Origin: a virus | Length of the DNA stretch: 64,000 bases | Direction: 5' to 3' (one strand) | Virus record (IMG/VR): IMGVR_UViG_3300020583_000015 | Span: 5,668-69,667 of that record | In this document: in pieces, positions 35,880 to 45,406 of the stretch | Layout of the letters: each line of letters starts with the position of its first letter | Numbering within the stretch: position 1 is the first letter of the stretch | Translations under genes and position numbers: made by a program | Notes under the pieces: generated by a model | Databases searched by the model: none | Told to the model about the DNA's origin: nothing | The model's input: only the letters and a program-made list of their open reading frames with translations

Positions 35880-38242
35880 GATTGTCCTTGCGGCACAGCT
35901 TGCAAAGCCTGACCCTGTTGGTCGAGGTTTTGTTGGTTGTGTTGGCGATCGATAATGTCCATTGCGTTTTGGTGATGGTCCTGGGCAACTTGGTGGGTGT
36001 GTTGGGCAGCTGCGAGTTGTTGTTGTTGGTTCTGTTGAGCTGCGGCTTGGGCAGTATCATTTTGTTGCTTTTGGACGTTGTGAGCCATCTCCGCCAGCTG
36101 CGGGATCATCCGCAACATCTCTGGCGTGAGCGTCGCTGCTTCCTGCGCAGCTTTGTTAGCAGCAACCGTTGCGGGATCAGCGATAATTTTTTCAATATCG
36201 TGGAGGGCCGGACGGAAGCTCTCAAGGATGCGTCGTAGGAGTTCATCTTGGTTGAGGTACGGAAGCCATGCTTCAGGGTTCTGGCCGATGATGTTCATCA
36301 GCTGCACAAGGTTTTGGAGGATCTCAGCTTTTTGGATTTGCTGGGTGATGCCAGTCACTTTGATCTCATAGTTGCCGACAATCAGCTCAGTCAACTCTTC
36401 CTTTGACATGCCCGCAATCACACCCGCGTCTACCCCCAATATTGACGCAACGCGGGGATCATTGGCAGTATCAATAAACTGAAGTATAAGATCAGTAGCG
36501 AGATCAACAATAGGCAGCAGTGCTTCTTGTTCGATAGTTGTGGCCATCGCGCCAAAAAAGGAGTTTTGGTTTTCAGCTTTTTGGTTGATTTCTGTTGCGC
36601 TTTGGACACCCCGGAACCTTGGGATGCCTTGCTGGATTTCACTTACAAACGCTCCCTCTTGGTGCGCTCGATCCAACTCAGCACTAACTTGTACCGCCCC
36701 AGTCGAAATGTCTTGAAACTCAATGGGGTTAATCCCGGGCTGTCCCATGTAAGCGTTATTCCGACGGAACATTTTCCCGGGCGACATGCCTGTTTCAAAA
36801 TCTTCAGGATTCTCATAAGCGTTCATGTTTACTTCAAACAGCGGCATCAACCGGAACATCAGCGTGTCGACGCTCAGGTTAGCGATGCGCGAGAGGCCTT
36901 TATTGATCTCACGCACCATTTCAATAATGCCCACACCATCAACCCGAAAAGGGAGAATCAGCGGGCTAAAAGCCACATACGGAGGCTTTCGCGTCCACAT
37001 AGGGTTGGAGTTGTTGATGAGGATTACATTGTCGTTTGCGATGATGACGTGCCCAAAACGAGTCAGCTCCTGGTCTTCGATGATGATTGGGCCATAATAC
37101 TCAGTAATCTTCACCACACCTGTGTTAACATCAGGGCCATTGTAGGTTTGAGTACGCTCACTCCACCGTAGCATACTCTGGCGTGTCCACTCATCAAGCT
37201 GCATAGGTTTGATTTGGCGGACTTTCTCGACCCCATCATCCCCAAACACCCCATCCTCCGCCATGTGCATTAGTTCCCACTTAGGAACTTCAATCTCTTC
37301 AAGCGTGCCTGTCCACTGATTAAAGCGGCTTCCAGGCAGCCAGTAGAAGTTGTAAGGGTCTACAGGCCGAATAAACAGCTGGCCCTCAAGGACTTCCTCC
37401 GACACAATTTGTTTTTTCATGTACACTTGGGCTGGGATTGCTCCACCCGGTTGAGGTGGGCCACCCAATACCCCAAGTGCTTCGTTCGGCAATTGCGTAG
37501 GATACAACGACGCATCCTGTCGCTGGAGTTGGCGAGGAAGTTGACCAACCGGCAAAGGACTACCAATAGAGGGAGGGGCTTCACGAGGAATCCCCCCCGC
37601 AACATCAGCCTGGCTGATGCCCTGAGACACACTTCTAGGATCTGCAAAGTTAGGCGGCTGGATTGAACCAAGACCTCCCGCCATAGGCGGCTGGCCCGGC
37701 ATCTGATACGGAACATTCTCAACGCGAACCCGCTTCCGAGGGACGAGCCCCCACCATTCTTTCCACACCCCCACCCCAATCATGAAGCCACATTCAAGGC
37801 CCTCCCCAAACCACCGGGTGTACTTCGCGCGCTCAAGAAAGACTTTCGTTAAGGCTGTCATGCGCTCCGCGCGTTGGATCTCTACCAGGTCGTTGGGGTT
37901 GTAGGCCTCATGTTGCCAGGCGTTCTTTGTGGTTGTGAGGAGGCGTTGGATAACGTTTGTGGCTTGCTTAACGCTGCTGAAAGCCTTCGGAACAATGATC
38001 TTGCTTTGCCAATCTTCTTTCGAGCTCCAATCCTCCAGCCCCCGATACAGCTGCCAACATTCATTCCAGATGTTTTGTTTATCAAGCCTGGCGTTCCGCA
38101 ACATATAACGCCAGTTCTGGATGTACTTTATGATTTGGCCATCGTAAGGTTTTCGTCCATCAGGCAACCGAGGCTCTGCAGCATCCTTCGGGTCCGGTGG
38201 GACCATTTCAATCGGAATACTGTCTCGGTAACTTTCAGGCAT
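35876..38242 (-). CDS. Portal protein (P22/podovirus type)
   Basis: W.ECWQLYRG..W.SK, VDPYNFY, ITEYYG, P.RVDGVGI.E, SATEI motifs; Gln-rich C-terminal barrel. Confidence 0.92.
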   Translation of the reverse strand: MPESYRDSIPIEMVPPDPKDAAEPRLPDGRKPYDGQIIKYIQNWRYMLRNARLDKQNIWNECWQLYRGLEDWSSKEDWQSKIIVPKAFSSVKQATNVIQRLLTTTKNAWQHEAYNPNDLVEIQRAERMTALTKVFLERAKYTRWFGEGLECGFMIGVGVWKEWWGLVPRKRVRVENVPYQMPGQPPMAGGLGSIQPPNFADPRSVSQGISQADVAGGIPREAPPSIGSPLPVGQLPRQLQRQDASLYPTQLPNEALGVLGGPPQPGGAIPAQVYMKKQIVSEEVLEGQLFIRPVDPYNFYWLPGSRFNQWTGTLEEIEVPKWELMHMAEDGVFGDDGVEKVRQIKPMQLDEWTRQSMLRWSERTQTYNGPDVNTGVVKITEYYGPIIIEDQELTRFGHVIIANDNVILINNSNPMWTRKPPYVAFSPLILPFRVDGVGIIEMVREINKGLSRIANLSVDTLMFRLMPLFEVNMNAYENPEDFETGMSPGKMFRRNNAYMGQPGINPIEFQDISTGAVQVSAELDRAHQEGAFVSEIQQGIPRFRGVQSATEINQKAENQNSFFGAMATTIEQEALLPIVDLATDLILQFIDTANDPRVASILGVDAGVIAGMSKEELTELIVGNYEIKVTGITQQIQKAEILQNLVQLMNIIGQNPEAWLPYLNQDELLRRILESFRPALHDIEKIIADPATVAANKAAQEAATLTPEMLRMIPQLAEMAHNVQKQQNDTAQAAAQQNQQQQLAAAQHTHQVAQDHHQNAMDIIDRQHNQQNLDQQGQALQAVPQGQS

Positions 38243-38258
38243 TAGGTGTCCTTAGACG

Positions 38259-39134
38259 TTAGTTCATCCAGCGTTCGTACATTTTTGGCAACAACAGTTT
38301 TGTGTTGGTAGGCATGGGATTACTGTTCATAAAGTACTTACAATCATCCAGCGCGTGGTTGTTTTTACTAACAATCTCCTCACTATATTTGTTAACTGTC
38401 GCCTGCTGACGCTCACTGATTGAACCAAACACTGCCCCCTCAAACTCTCGAATCATATTCGGACAGCAATCATAAATCCTAAAAGTAGGATCACCAGGAT
38501 TCCGCCAGTGATCCCGCATGATACCCAGCCAAGCTGTTTCGTCAATGTTCCCGGGAATGAGTTTGTAGATGCCCTCTGCCTCAAACAAGCTTCCAACCGT
38601 GACGACACCCAGTTTGGTTTGTTGGGTCTTATTGCGCAGCATTGTAGGATCAGCAGCAATGTAACGAAGCCGGTCGTAATAAGGACAACTTCGTAGGGTT
38701 GCGCAGAACTCCACAATGTTCTTACAAGGCTCATACAGTTCCCACACAGCATACGTCACTCCATCAAGGATAGTGTAAACATGGAAACTAGAAGGATTCC
38801 GAGCACCATAATCGAGCCCGCCCCAGCAAACGGCGCTGTCAGGCACATCAGGCAAAGGGCTGCCCACGACAATTTCATTCCTGTGGGTTGCGATTTCCGG
38901 AAAAACTTTCTCACCAAAAAGCGCGGTGTATTCAATTTCATATTCTTTGGCCCACTCAGCCCCGCTCAAGCCTGACTTTGCTTCCTCTCGCCACTCAGGA
39001 CTGCGCTTCGCAGGGTCGGCAAAGTAGAAGAGCGTCACGACCACGAAACCGTTTTTTCGGTTTCGTCGAATCCGCAGCCCTTCAGACTCGTGAAGGATCT
39101 CAGGCGTCAGACTTAAGGTTGTTGGGGATGCCAT
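38259..39134 (-). CDS. Terminase large subunit, C-terminal RNase H-like nuclease half
   Basis: ADP.KR..EW, WAKEYEIEY, GLDYGARNPS, IAADP, CPNMIREF, NHALDDCKY; immediately upstream of portal; no Walker motifs. Confidence 0.88.
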   Translation of the reverse strand: MASPTTLSLTPEILHESEGLRIRRNRKNGFVVVTLFYFADPAKRSPEWREEAKSGLSGAEWAKEYEIEYTALFGEKVFPEIATHRNEIVVGSPLPDVPDSAVCWGGLDYGARNPSSFHVYTILDGVTYAVWELYEPCKNIVEFCATLRSCPYYDRLRYIAADPTMLRNKTQQTKLGVVTVGSLFEAEGIYKLIPGNIDETAWLGIMRDHWRNPGDPTFRIYDCCPNMIREFEGAVFGSISERQQATVNKYSEEIVSKNNHALDDCKYFMNSNPMPTNTKLLLPKMYERWMN

Positions 39135-39658
39135 ACAAACAGTTTGTCAGCTCTTACAAGTGTTAGTTGAGGTTGCGTTAGCAACCATTCGTCAGTCGCT
39201 TTCGTAGCTCCTTCCACATTCCCATAGTCATCCAACACAACTTTCGCCCCATCAACGGCAAATCTCGGCAGCGCTCCCAACACCTGTCGATACGATTCGT
39301 ATAAGTCGCAATCAACATAGACCAATGCCACAGGATCAGAAAAATACGAAAGCGTCTCGACAAATCTTCCCCTCACTGGAACAATATTCGGGAAGCCTTC
39401 AAATAGGTCTTCAACTCTTTTGTGCGGGATGAATTTACCGGGTGGGTTCTGGAAGTCCAGCGCTTCCTGATAGTCCAGTGGCGGTATGCCTTCGTATGTG
39501 TCGAATGCCCAAACAACCCGGTTTGGACAAAGCGCTGCGAGCTGGCGTGTACTACCACCGTTGTATACACCAAACTCAGCAACATTCCCATCGGGCAGAC
39601 CTTCGTTAACGAGACGCTCAAAGAGCTGTTGGTGGTCGTTAACAGGCCCGAGACTCAT
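39113..39658 (-). CDS. TylF/MycF-family O-methyltransferase
   Basis: AEFGVYNGGS, FDTYEG, GRFVETL, VDCDLYES, LDDY motifs. Confidence 0.9.
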   Translation of the reverse strand: MSLGPVNDHQQLFERLVNEGLPDGNVAEFGVYNGGSTRQLAALCPNRVVWAFDTYEGIPPLDYQEALDFQNPPGKFIPHKRVEDLFEGFPNIVPVRGRFVETLSYFSDPVALVYVDCDLYESYRQVLGALPRFAVDGAKVVLDDYGNVEGATKATDEWLLTQPQLTLVRADKLFVWHPQQP

Positions 39659-39660
39659 AC

Positions 39661-39900
39661 CTAGGCAGCCGCCGGAGGAGGGCTGAGCACCGCGATTTCA
39701 GCAGCAACAGCTGTCTGCAGCGCTTGAAAAGCTGCCAACGCAGACGCTTGCGAGGCGGTCTGAGCGGATTGATCTGCAGCGATTGTCGCCTGAAGCGAAG
39801 CAAGCTTTCCTTGGTCGGAAGCAGTTTGGGTTTGGGCGTTTGTCAGGCTTGTCAGAGCATTCTCTGCAGCCGTTGCGAGATCCGAGATGTTTTGGGCCAT
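39661..39900 (-). CDS. Ala/Gln-rich coiled-coil hypothetical protein
   Basis: Likely start MAQNISDL at 39900 after an AAAGGA RBS. Confidence 0.5.
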   Translation of the reverse strand: MAQNISDLATAAENALTSLTNAQTQTASDQGKLASLQATIAADQSAQTASQASALAAFQALQTAVAAEIAVLSPPPAAA

Positions 39901-40027
39901 GGTTAGGTTTTGTCCTTTTTGGGTGTTACAACACCCTTTCCGATGAACTGCTGTCGAGTCACATCTGTTCCCCGAGGAACCACAAACGTGGTGGTAGTGC
40001 GGACAACTTTTGTAGGTTTCTTCATAA

Positions 40028-40462
40028 CTACTTTGCTCCGGCTCCTTCAATCAATTCAAGACAAATGTTATCTGCAGCATCGTATTGGCCGTTTCGCGCA
40101 TTACGTTGCCAAACACCAGCCAACACCCCAGCAGGAATGCTAACTCCATTTGGCCATACTAAACTAAAATACGGCGGTAGTGTGCCTGTAGAGGGTTGAT
40201 CAGGCCCACCCACACCAGGATAAGCGCTTGTTATAATTCGTCCAAGCGGATCATACTTCGCCTGAATATGCTGAACTGTCTCAAGTGTTGGGAAGTTTGT
40301 AATATCAATCGCCTGCTGCATCTCGCCTGTGGCGGTTGGCTCAACCACAAATTGCTGAGGCGCAAACGTCGGAGTCCAAGGGGCGTTCTTCTGGGGCGGC
40401 ATCGCGGGCTCAAACAACGCCCACATCCAATCAGGCATTCCGCCAGGGTTCGGGAGGCTCAT
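40028..40462 (-). CDS. Pro-rich hypothetical protein
   Basis: AAGGA RBS; in the operon between the terminase halves. Confidence 0.6.
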   Translation of the reverse strand: MSLPNPGGMPDWMWALFEPAMPPQKNAPWTPTFAPQQFVVEPTATGEMQQAIDITNFPTLETVQHIQAKYDPLGRIITSAYPGVGGPDQPSTGTLPPYFSLVWPNGVSIPAGVLAGVWQRNARNGQYDAADNICLELIEGAGAK

Positions 40463-40467
40463 TTTCG

Positions 40468-40713
40468 TTAGGTTCCTTTCGGCGGCGTAGACGCCGTTTG
40501 AAGTGGATCAATATGCAGCTTGTCATTTAACTTCTTGATGATCGCGTTGAATGGGGCTGTGAGTTCCAGAAAGTTAGCAATGACCGCTTGCTTTTCAGCG
40601 TCAGTCGCTGCTGTGTTAAGGGTGTTGATGACTTGAGCAATCGACGCAATTGCGTTGCTGACTGCTGTGATGGTTGTGGAGACTGGATCTCCGATGGTTA
40701 TTCCAAGTGCCAT
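40468..40713 (-). CDS. Small amphipathic hypothetical protein (holin-like candidate)
   Basis: Likely start MALGITIGDP; lies next to the two cell-wall hydrolase candidates. Confidence 0.4.
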   Translation of the reverse strand: MALGITIGDPVSTTITAVSNAIASIAQVINTLNTAATDAEKQAVIANFLELTAPFNAIIKKLNDKLHIDPLQTASTPPKGT

Positions 40714-40717
40714 AGTG

Positions 40718-41335
40718 TTAAGTAGTGACGTTGACAGAACCCCAATGATCGAGACTTGATAGGGGCCTACCGCAAATTTGAATTGGCGGCTGGTAGATAT
40801 TGAATCTGGAAGCATCCTCAGGAGAGGTTTCGGCAGCATCCACGCCCAAACTAACCACCCCAGCCGCTTTGTTGAGGAGTGTTGCCAATTCAGAACAATA
40901 CTCATCGTTGGTTTGTTCATGATTCATGAAATCTTCGCCCACAATCGGCAACTTGACAAGTGGTTCGAAGATCATCCGGAGCATCTGGCGATAGTCGTAG
41001 GGTTTGCCAAGGAGGGTCTCGGCGAGTGCGTGCCAAGCGTCCCAATTCCCACGGGCTCGAACCTCAGGCTTCAATAATGCCACCACACACAAACCCCCTC
41101 CAACAACATGGTCCTGAACTCTCCCTACAAGATCTGATAGTTGTACTCCTGTAAAGGTCCCTGTTTCTGTGGACTCAATCAGCTGCATAGTGCTGTAGAC
41201 TGAGGCCATGTGGCTAAAGTTACTGCGTGTAACGGTTCTGATTGCCCAACTAAGGAAGCCACCAGAGGTAAAAAACATCGCATCCCCGATCTGGAGATGT
41301 GGCAAAACATCAGCAAGGGTTGCCTGAGTGATCAT
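40718..41335 (-). CDS. Permuted papain-like amidase (YaeF/YiiX, NlpC/P60 superfamily)
   Basis: LQIGD, SWAIRTVTRSNFSH, GKPYD, YCSEL, SPED motifs. Confidence 0.85.
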   Translation of the reverse strand: MITQATLADVLPHLQIGDAMFFTSGGFLSWAIRTVTRSNFSHMASVYSTMQLIESTETGTFTGVQLSDLVGRVQDHVVGGGLCVVALLKPEVRARGNWDAWHALAETLLGKPYDYRQMLRMIFEPLVKLPIVGEDFMNHEQTNDEYCSELATLLNKAAGVVSLGVDAAETSPEDASRFNIYQPPIQICGRPLSSLDHWGSVNVTT

Positions 41336-41355
41336 TCGATACCCACTATTGTAGC

Positions 41356-41856
41356 TTAGATGGTGACGTTTGCGCTGATATAGTTGGCAAGATGGAGCCA
41401 GTCAGGGCAAGGCAGGCCCGGCTTTGGGGCTTTTTTCCAAGGCTCCCGAACCCCTGCTACTTCACTAACCAAATCAATAAGAGGAGTATAGGGGTCAATA
41501 CCAAGGTTACCAGCAACATTGTTACAATACCGAAGCGGATCATTGTCTGCGTCTCCCACTGGACAATAGATGTTGATTGTTTCGTAGAGGTTCAGGCCTC
41601 GTTTGATCTTTGCATCCAGATCATTCTCTAGTGCCGCCCAACCAATAAGCCAAGAAGGAAACCGACAATAAGGGCCGTCCTTAATGCCCTGCACGAACCT
41701 CGTGGGAGCCCACTCCAAATCTCCCGGATTGTTATCTCGCTGAGGTCTATTGAGGCCATGAATTGTGCTGTTAAACCACCCTTCCTGTTCCGCAAACGCC
41801 AGTGCAAGCCCTACCCGACTAATTTTCTGTGGTGTGTTGTTTGACAATTCGATCAA
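41356..41856 (-). CDS. Lysozyme-fold protein (endolysin or virion muramidase candidate)
   Basis: QEG, RDNNPGDL, F.S...G..AL, YCP..DNDP..Y motif set. Confidence 0.7.
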   Translation of the reverse strand: MIELSNNTPQKISRVGLALAFAEQEGWFNSTIHGLNRPQRDNNPGDLEWAPTRFVQGIKDGPYCRFPSWLIGWAALENDLDAKIKRGLNLYETINIYCPVGDADNDPLRYCNNVAGNLGIDPYTPLIDLVSEVAGVREPWKKAPKPGLPCPDWLHLANYISANVTI

Positions 41857-42334
41857 TTACCTCCGAGGTGTGAAGACCACTCCGCACAAACATCTTGGGG
41901 ATTGACGGAAAGCGTGTTGGTTTGTCCCGGTATTCAATCCCTTGGACCCTGAGGTCAGGCTTCAACGCAGCAATCAACCGTCGAAACTCACTGTCAGTGT
42001 CTACCTCCACTAAATAGTCAATCGGCGTATAGCCTAGTGCTGTCGCGCGCTCTACAAATGTCATTATCGGACGGGAGGGGCCTTTGGTGCGCTTAAGTTT
42101 TGCGTCACTATCAAGCGCACACACAAGGCTAGTGGCGTGATCCCTAGCAGCACTAATGAGACGTAGGTGAGAGACTGTAAGAAGATCAAATCCACCGTTG
42201 ATAAGCACAACAGGCCGAGGAAGCTCAAGTTTCGCCAAACCAGGAATCCGTAACCACGGCATCTCATCGCTCTCACCAGAGCGGTTCCGGGCAAGAAAAT
42301 AATGTTCAATTCTTTTTGCAGCCTGTCGTCCCAT
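41819..42334 (-). CDS. RfaE/HldE domain II-like sugar-1-phosphate nucleotidyltransferase (HldC-like)
   Basis: NGGFDLLTVSH, ALDSD..LKRTKGPSRPI...ER, PD..VQG.EY, HTSEVIDR. Confidence 0.88.
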   Translation of the reverse strand: MGRQAAKRIEHYFLARNRSGESDEMPWLRIPGLAKLELPRPVVLINGGFDLLTVSHLRLISAARDHATSLVCALDSDAKLKRTKGPSRPIMTFVERATALGYTPIDYLVEVDTDSEFRRLIAALKPDLRVQGIEYRDKPTRFPSIPKMFVRSGLHTSEVIDRIVKQHTTEN

Positions 42335-42357
42335 AGCGTTAGCGTTCGTTGTGTGCG

Positions 42358-43218
42358 TTAGTTTTGGGCTTCGTCTGTAAGATCCGCTGTCGCGAGGTAG
42401 AACCAGCTTGGGTTCGCGGAGCTGACTGCCGTAAACCTACCCCCAGCCTGAATAGCAGGTTTAATAGCTCTGAAAGCAGCACCCGCCTCCATTTGGAAAG
42501 CTGCTTCGTCCTGGAACACTCCCGACGGATGGTACTGTCTAATTTGGTCTGGACCTTGCGGGAAACCAAGAATTTCGGAATTAAGAGATGGAAGGAGTAG
42601 CTGTCCTGCTCGTCCCACTCCAGCTCCGAAGACGGCCTTATGGACATCTCGAAGAAACTTCGGTTGATTTTTGTAAATGAAATTTGCACGTTTCACCAAC
42701 TCTTGGGTTTTCATGCCATCTTCAGATTGAAAAATGTTTTGGCGACCTTCATGAAAAAGCGTGTCCCAGGTGTACATCGCAACAGTCAGCCAGGTTGCCA
42801 TCATATCGCGACTCTTCTCGATGAAGACGAATTGCTCGCTGAGCCAAGTGTCAATAATAGGTGGCATGTAAGGCATAACTGTGAAGCTCCTAACGGTGGA
42901 GAGTTCTGTGAAGTAGGCTGCAATCTCCTGGAATCCCTTCACATGAACCCCATGACGGGCTTCAAGATGGTCACTGCGTTTGTTGAAGTGGTATGTTGCG
43001 TTGTCTTTGCACAACAAACACACATGCAGTGGGTGAGGATCTTGGGTGTAGACGTAGGTCATCCACGGGTGGCGGCTGGTGTCAAGCCAATAGAGCATGT
43101 CTCGGCTACACTTTTGCCACTCTTGCTCACCAATCCGCTTCAACAGTGACGCTCGTTGTTTGCCTGGAAGCGTGCCGATCTTCGCGAGCAGCTCTTTTGT
43201 GAGGAGAATTTCACTCAT
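42358..43218 (-). CDS. Terminase large subunit, N-terminal ATPase half (with C2H2-like insert)
   Basis: EKSRDMMATW (Walker A region), VFQDEAAF (Walker B) and VSSAN coupling motif; ends about 15 aa later. Confidence 0.88.
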   Translation of the reverse strand: MSEILLTKELLAKIGTLPGKQRASLLKRIGEQEWQKCSRDMLYWLDTSRHPWMTYVYTQDPHPLHVCLLCKDNATYHFNKRSDHLEARHGVHVKGFQEIAAYFTELSTVRSFTVMPYMPPIIDTWLSEQFVFIEKSRDMMATWLTVAMYTWDTLFHEGRQNIFQSEDGMKTQELVKRANFIYKNQPKFLRDVHKAVFGAGVGRAGQLLLPSLNSEILGFPQGPDQIRQYHPSGVFQDEAAFQMEAGAAFRAIKPAIQAGGRFTAVSSANPSWFYLATADLTDEAQN

Positions 43219-43420
43219 CTTCGTTAGGGGAAGTTGGAGGCCAGGCAGGGGGCGGGGGTTCAGGGGTTATAAACCAATCTGCTAGGAGCGCTCGAATCGA
43301 TTGTCCAATTGCTTCAAGACCCTCCCCAACCATCTGAAGTGGCAGCCCCACCAACGCAAGCGGCAGCACCAACAGAAACACCGCTACATTGTAGGTGAAG
43401 TTCGGAAACGGCCTTGTCAT
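43211..43420 (-). CDS. Small membrane protein
   Basis: Hydrophobic helix plus a Pro-rich tail; overlaps both neighbours. Confidence 0.5.
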   Translation of the reverse strand: MTRPFPNFTYNVAVFLLVLPLALVGLPLQMVGEGLEAIGQSIRALLADWFITPEPPPPAWPPTSPNEDE

Positions 43421-43794
43421 AGTTTTTTACTGTCCTCAATCCTCACTACATCAAGATCATCGTGGGGTGTTGAAGTCTCAACAATTGTTGCCCACTCTTC
43501 AAACGGATTACTAAAACGGTGTGCCCACCCAGGCAGAATCTCCACACTATGAGGCAGGTCCTCATGAAGTGCGTATTCATTTGGAGGAAAAGTCGTGATG
43601 TCATTTGAGGCCCACAATTCAAGAATCACCGCGCCTTTGATAACGCTAAAGGTCTCCCGCTTCAACGGGTGGTAGTGGATGCTACAGGCATAGCCTGGCC
43701 GAATCCGCAGGAGCTTCCCACAATACTGCTCATTGTTCGCAAGCCACTCTTCAAATCCCCATAGTTTTGTCACAATTTTGTTTTCTAAAGGCAT
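43417..43794 (-). CDS. Cupin-fold sugar isomerase-like protein (mannose-6-P isomerase / D-lyxose isomerase type)
   Basis: KLWGFEEW, SIHYHPLKRETF, PGWAHRF, ETST..D.VR; AAGGAG RBS at MPLENK. Confidence 0.85.
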   Translation of the reverse strand: MPLENKIVTKLWGFEEWLANNEQYCGKLLRIRPGYACSIHYHPLKRETFSVIKGAVILELWASNDITTFPPNEYALHEDLPHSVEILPGWAHRFSNPFEEWATIVETSTPHDDLDVVRIEDSKKL

Positions 43795-44554
43795 CTTGGA
43801 TCTCCTTGTCTGAAACAGTTGAGGTGTAGGGTTTTTGGACTGCGACTGCTGCAGCAACATTCGCGTACCACAGTGCGTGTTGGACGGTGTAACCCCTTTC
43901 GATTGTTGCATATGCGAACGCTGCAATCACCGTGTCGCCAGCTCCATTCACACTTCGCACAAACTCCGCCCGAGCTGGAAGCTTGCTGAACTCAAGCGCC
44001 CCTTTCCCAAAGTAACAAAGGCCCTCGGCTCCTTGCTTTAGCACCACATTCTTTTGAGCCTGATACGCCCCAAGGTGTTGATTATATTCAGTTTGGTTGG
44101 GAAAGTAGGTGGCGGAAGCCCAAAAATCCCAGGGACTGCGTTTGGTATCAATAAAACTGATTCCAGCAGGGATGTCCGCCATCACCGATATCGCAGCTCG
44201 GTCAATTGAGCCTTTGTTGTAGTCAGCCACCACCAGCGCATCCGCCTGCTCCAACGCTACATTAAGCTCAATTAAATCAACAGGTTCACACCAGTCATGC
44301 TCATCCCATCGGGCGACTTGGGTGTCTCCGACCATCAACCTGTTTTTTGTGGGCTGCCCTTGCCCAAACACCTCAATCACTGTCGCGCCCAGTGCGCGAA
44401 GGTTCGCCGCGACGTTTGCAGCCCCTCCAGGGCACACCAGGCCTGAACTGACCTTCACTACCGGGATTGGGGCCTCAGCGCTAAGGCGGTCAGCGCTACC
44501 ACACCAATAGCGATCCTGGAGCGCATCCCCCACCACCACAAAAGTTTTACTCAT
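43751..44554 (-). CDS. RfaE/HldE domain I-like PfkB sugar kinase (HldA-like heptose-7-phosphate kinase)
   Basis: VVGD..DRY..G...RLSAEAPIPVV, GGAANVAANL, DYNKG, PN..E, GAGDTV; AAGGAG RBS. Confidence 0.92.
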   Translation of the reverse strand: MSKTFVVVGDALQDRYWCGSADRLSAEAPIPVVKVSSGLVCPGGAANVAANLRALGATVIEVFGQGQPTKNRLMVGDTQVARWDEHDWCEPVDLIELNVALEQADALVVADYNKGSIDRAAISVMADIPAGISFIDTKRSPWDFWASATYFPNQTEYNQHLGAYQAQKNVVLKQGAEGLCYFGKGALEFSKLPARAEFVRSVNGAGDTVIAAFAYATIERGYTVQHALWYANVAAAVAVQKPYTSTVSDKEIQDAFRKQNCDKTMGI

Positions 44555-44821
44555 TTTAGTCTCCTTCCTGGGAACCAAGGTCCTCGCGGGTAAAGTTTAC
44601 ATCTATCGCACCGGTAGGGAGCGGCTTCGCCTCGCTTAAGCGCGTAGCGGCAACCACAATCCCGGCACTGCCGGAGGCGTTCGACTGGTTCAGACACGTC
44701 AGCTTTCGTCATATGGCTCCCAACCCAGTTGATCAAGCCAATCTTGGCAATCAACACACATACTCTGATCTGGCTAGTCTGGTATAAACCTCAACCCACA
44801 ATCGCTACAAATTCGTGAATC

Positions 44822-44944
44822 ACACCCTAATGAATTTTGGGGCATCAAAACCCCTTATCACACCCTAATGAAACGTTGATTCCCTAGGGTGTAAACCGAC
44901 TTTTTCGCAATCACACCCTAATAAACCCCTTTTACACCCTAATG
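44822..44944. repeat. Cluster 1 of ACACCCTAAT(G) repeats (iteron/operator-like)
   Basis: Direct copies at 44822, 44860, 44913 and 44934 plus an inverted copy in TCCCTAGGGTGT (44881-44892). Confidence 0.9.
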
Positions 44945-45212
44945 AAAGCACCCTCCTAGGGGGTAGGTTTTTGGGCTTTTTCAGGTGCGTGTCGGAGGAG
45001 GGCCTTCGGCCCCCTCCTCACACGCTTACCTGAAGTTAAAAGCGCCTTACCGCTAGAAACCGCTACCACAACCCCAGTGACGAAATCCAAACAGTTATCA
45101 CACCAAGGAAAGTCCTGGTCGTCGGCCTCCCCCCAACCGGGCTTTGACGCCAGCTGACGGCGGCAATTCTCACAAACCAGACGTTCGTCAGGCTTACAAA
45201 CTGGCCAGTAGG

Positions 45213-45363
45213 TCATCCGTTGTGTTTGAAGTACTCCACCTGACGCAGCCGTTTTGCAGCCGCTTCTTTAGTTTTGTAAGGGCCGCCGAGGTTCTTTCGC
45301 TTACCGTCAGAACCCTTGCTTTCGGAAACCACATGGTAGCCTCCGGCTCTTTTCACGATCATA
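45213..45363 (-). CDS. Small basic phage protein
   Basis: MIVKRAGGYHVVSE..KNLGGPYKTKEAAAKRLRQVEYFK; AAGGAG RBS. Confidence 0.7.
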
Positions 45364-45406
45364 GTCTTTCTCCTTATATACTTACGTAAGTTTACAAACA
45401 CCCACG

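Noticed and set aside
39135-42357. Intron or intein separating the terminase halves
   Set aside because: The interval is filled with intact, unrelated, closely packed genes; no splice-junction residues or homing endonuclease seen.
44822-44944. Mini CRISPR array
   Set aside because: Repeats are only 10-11 nt, irregularly spaced and partly inverted; no cas genes.
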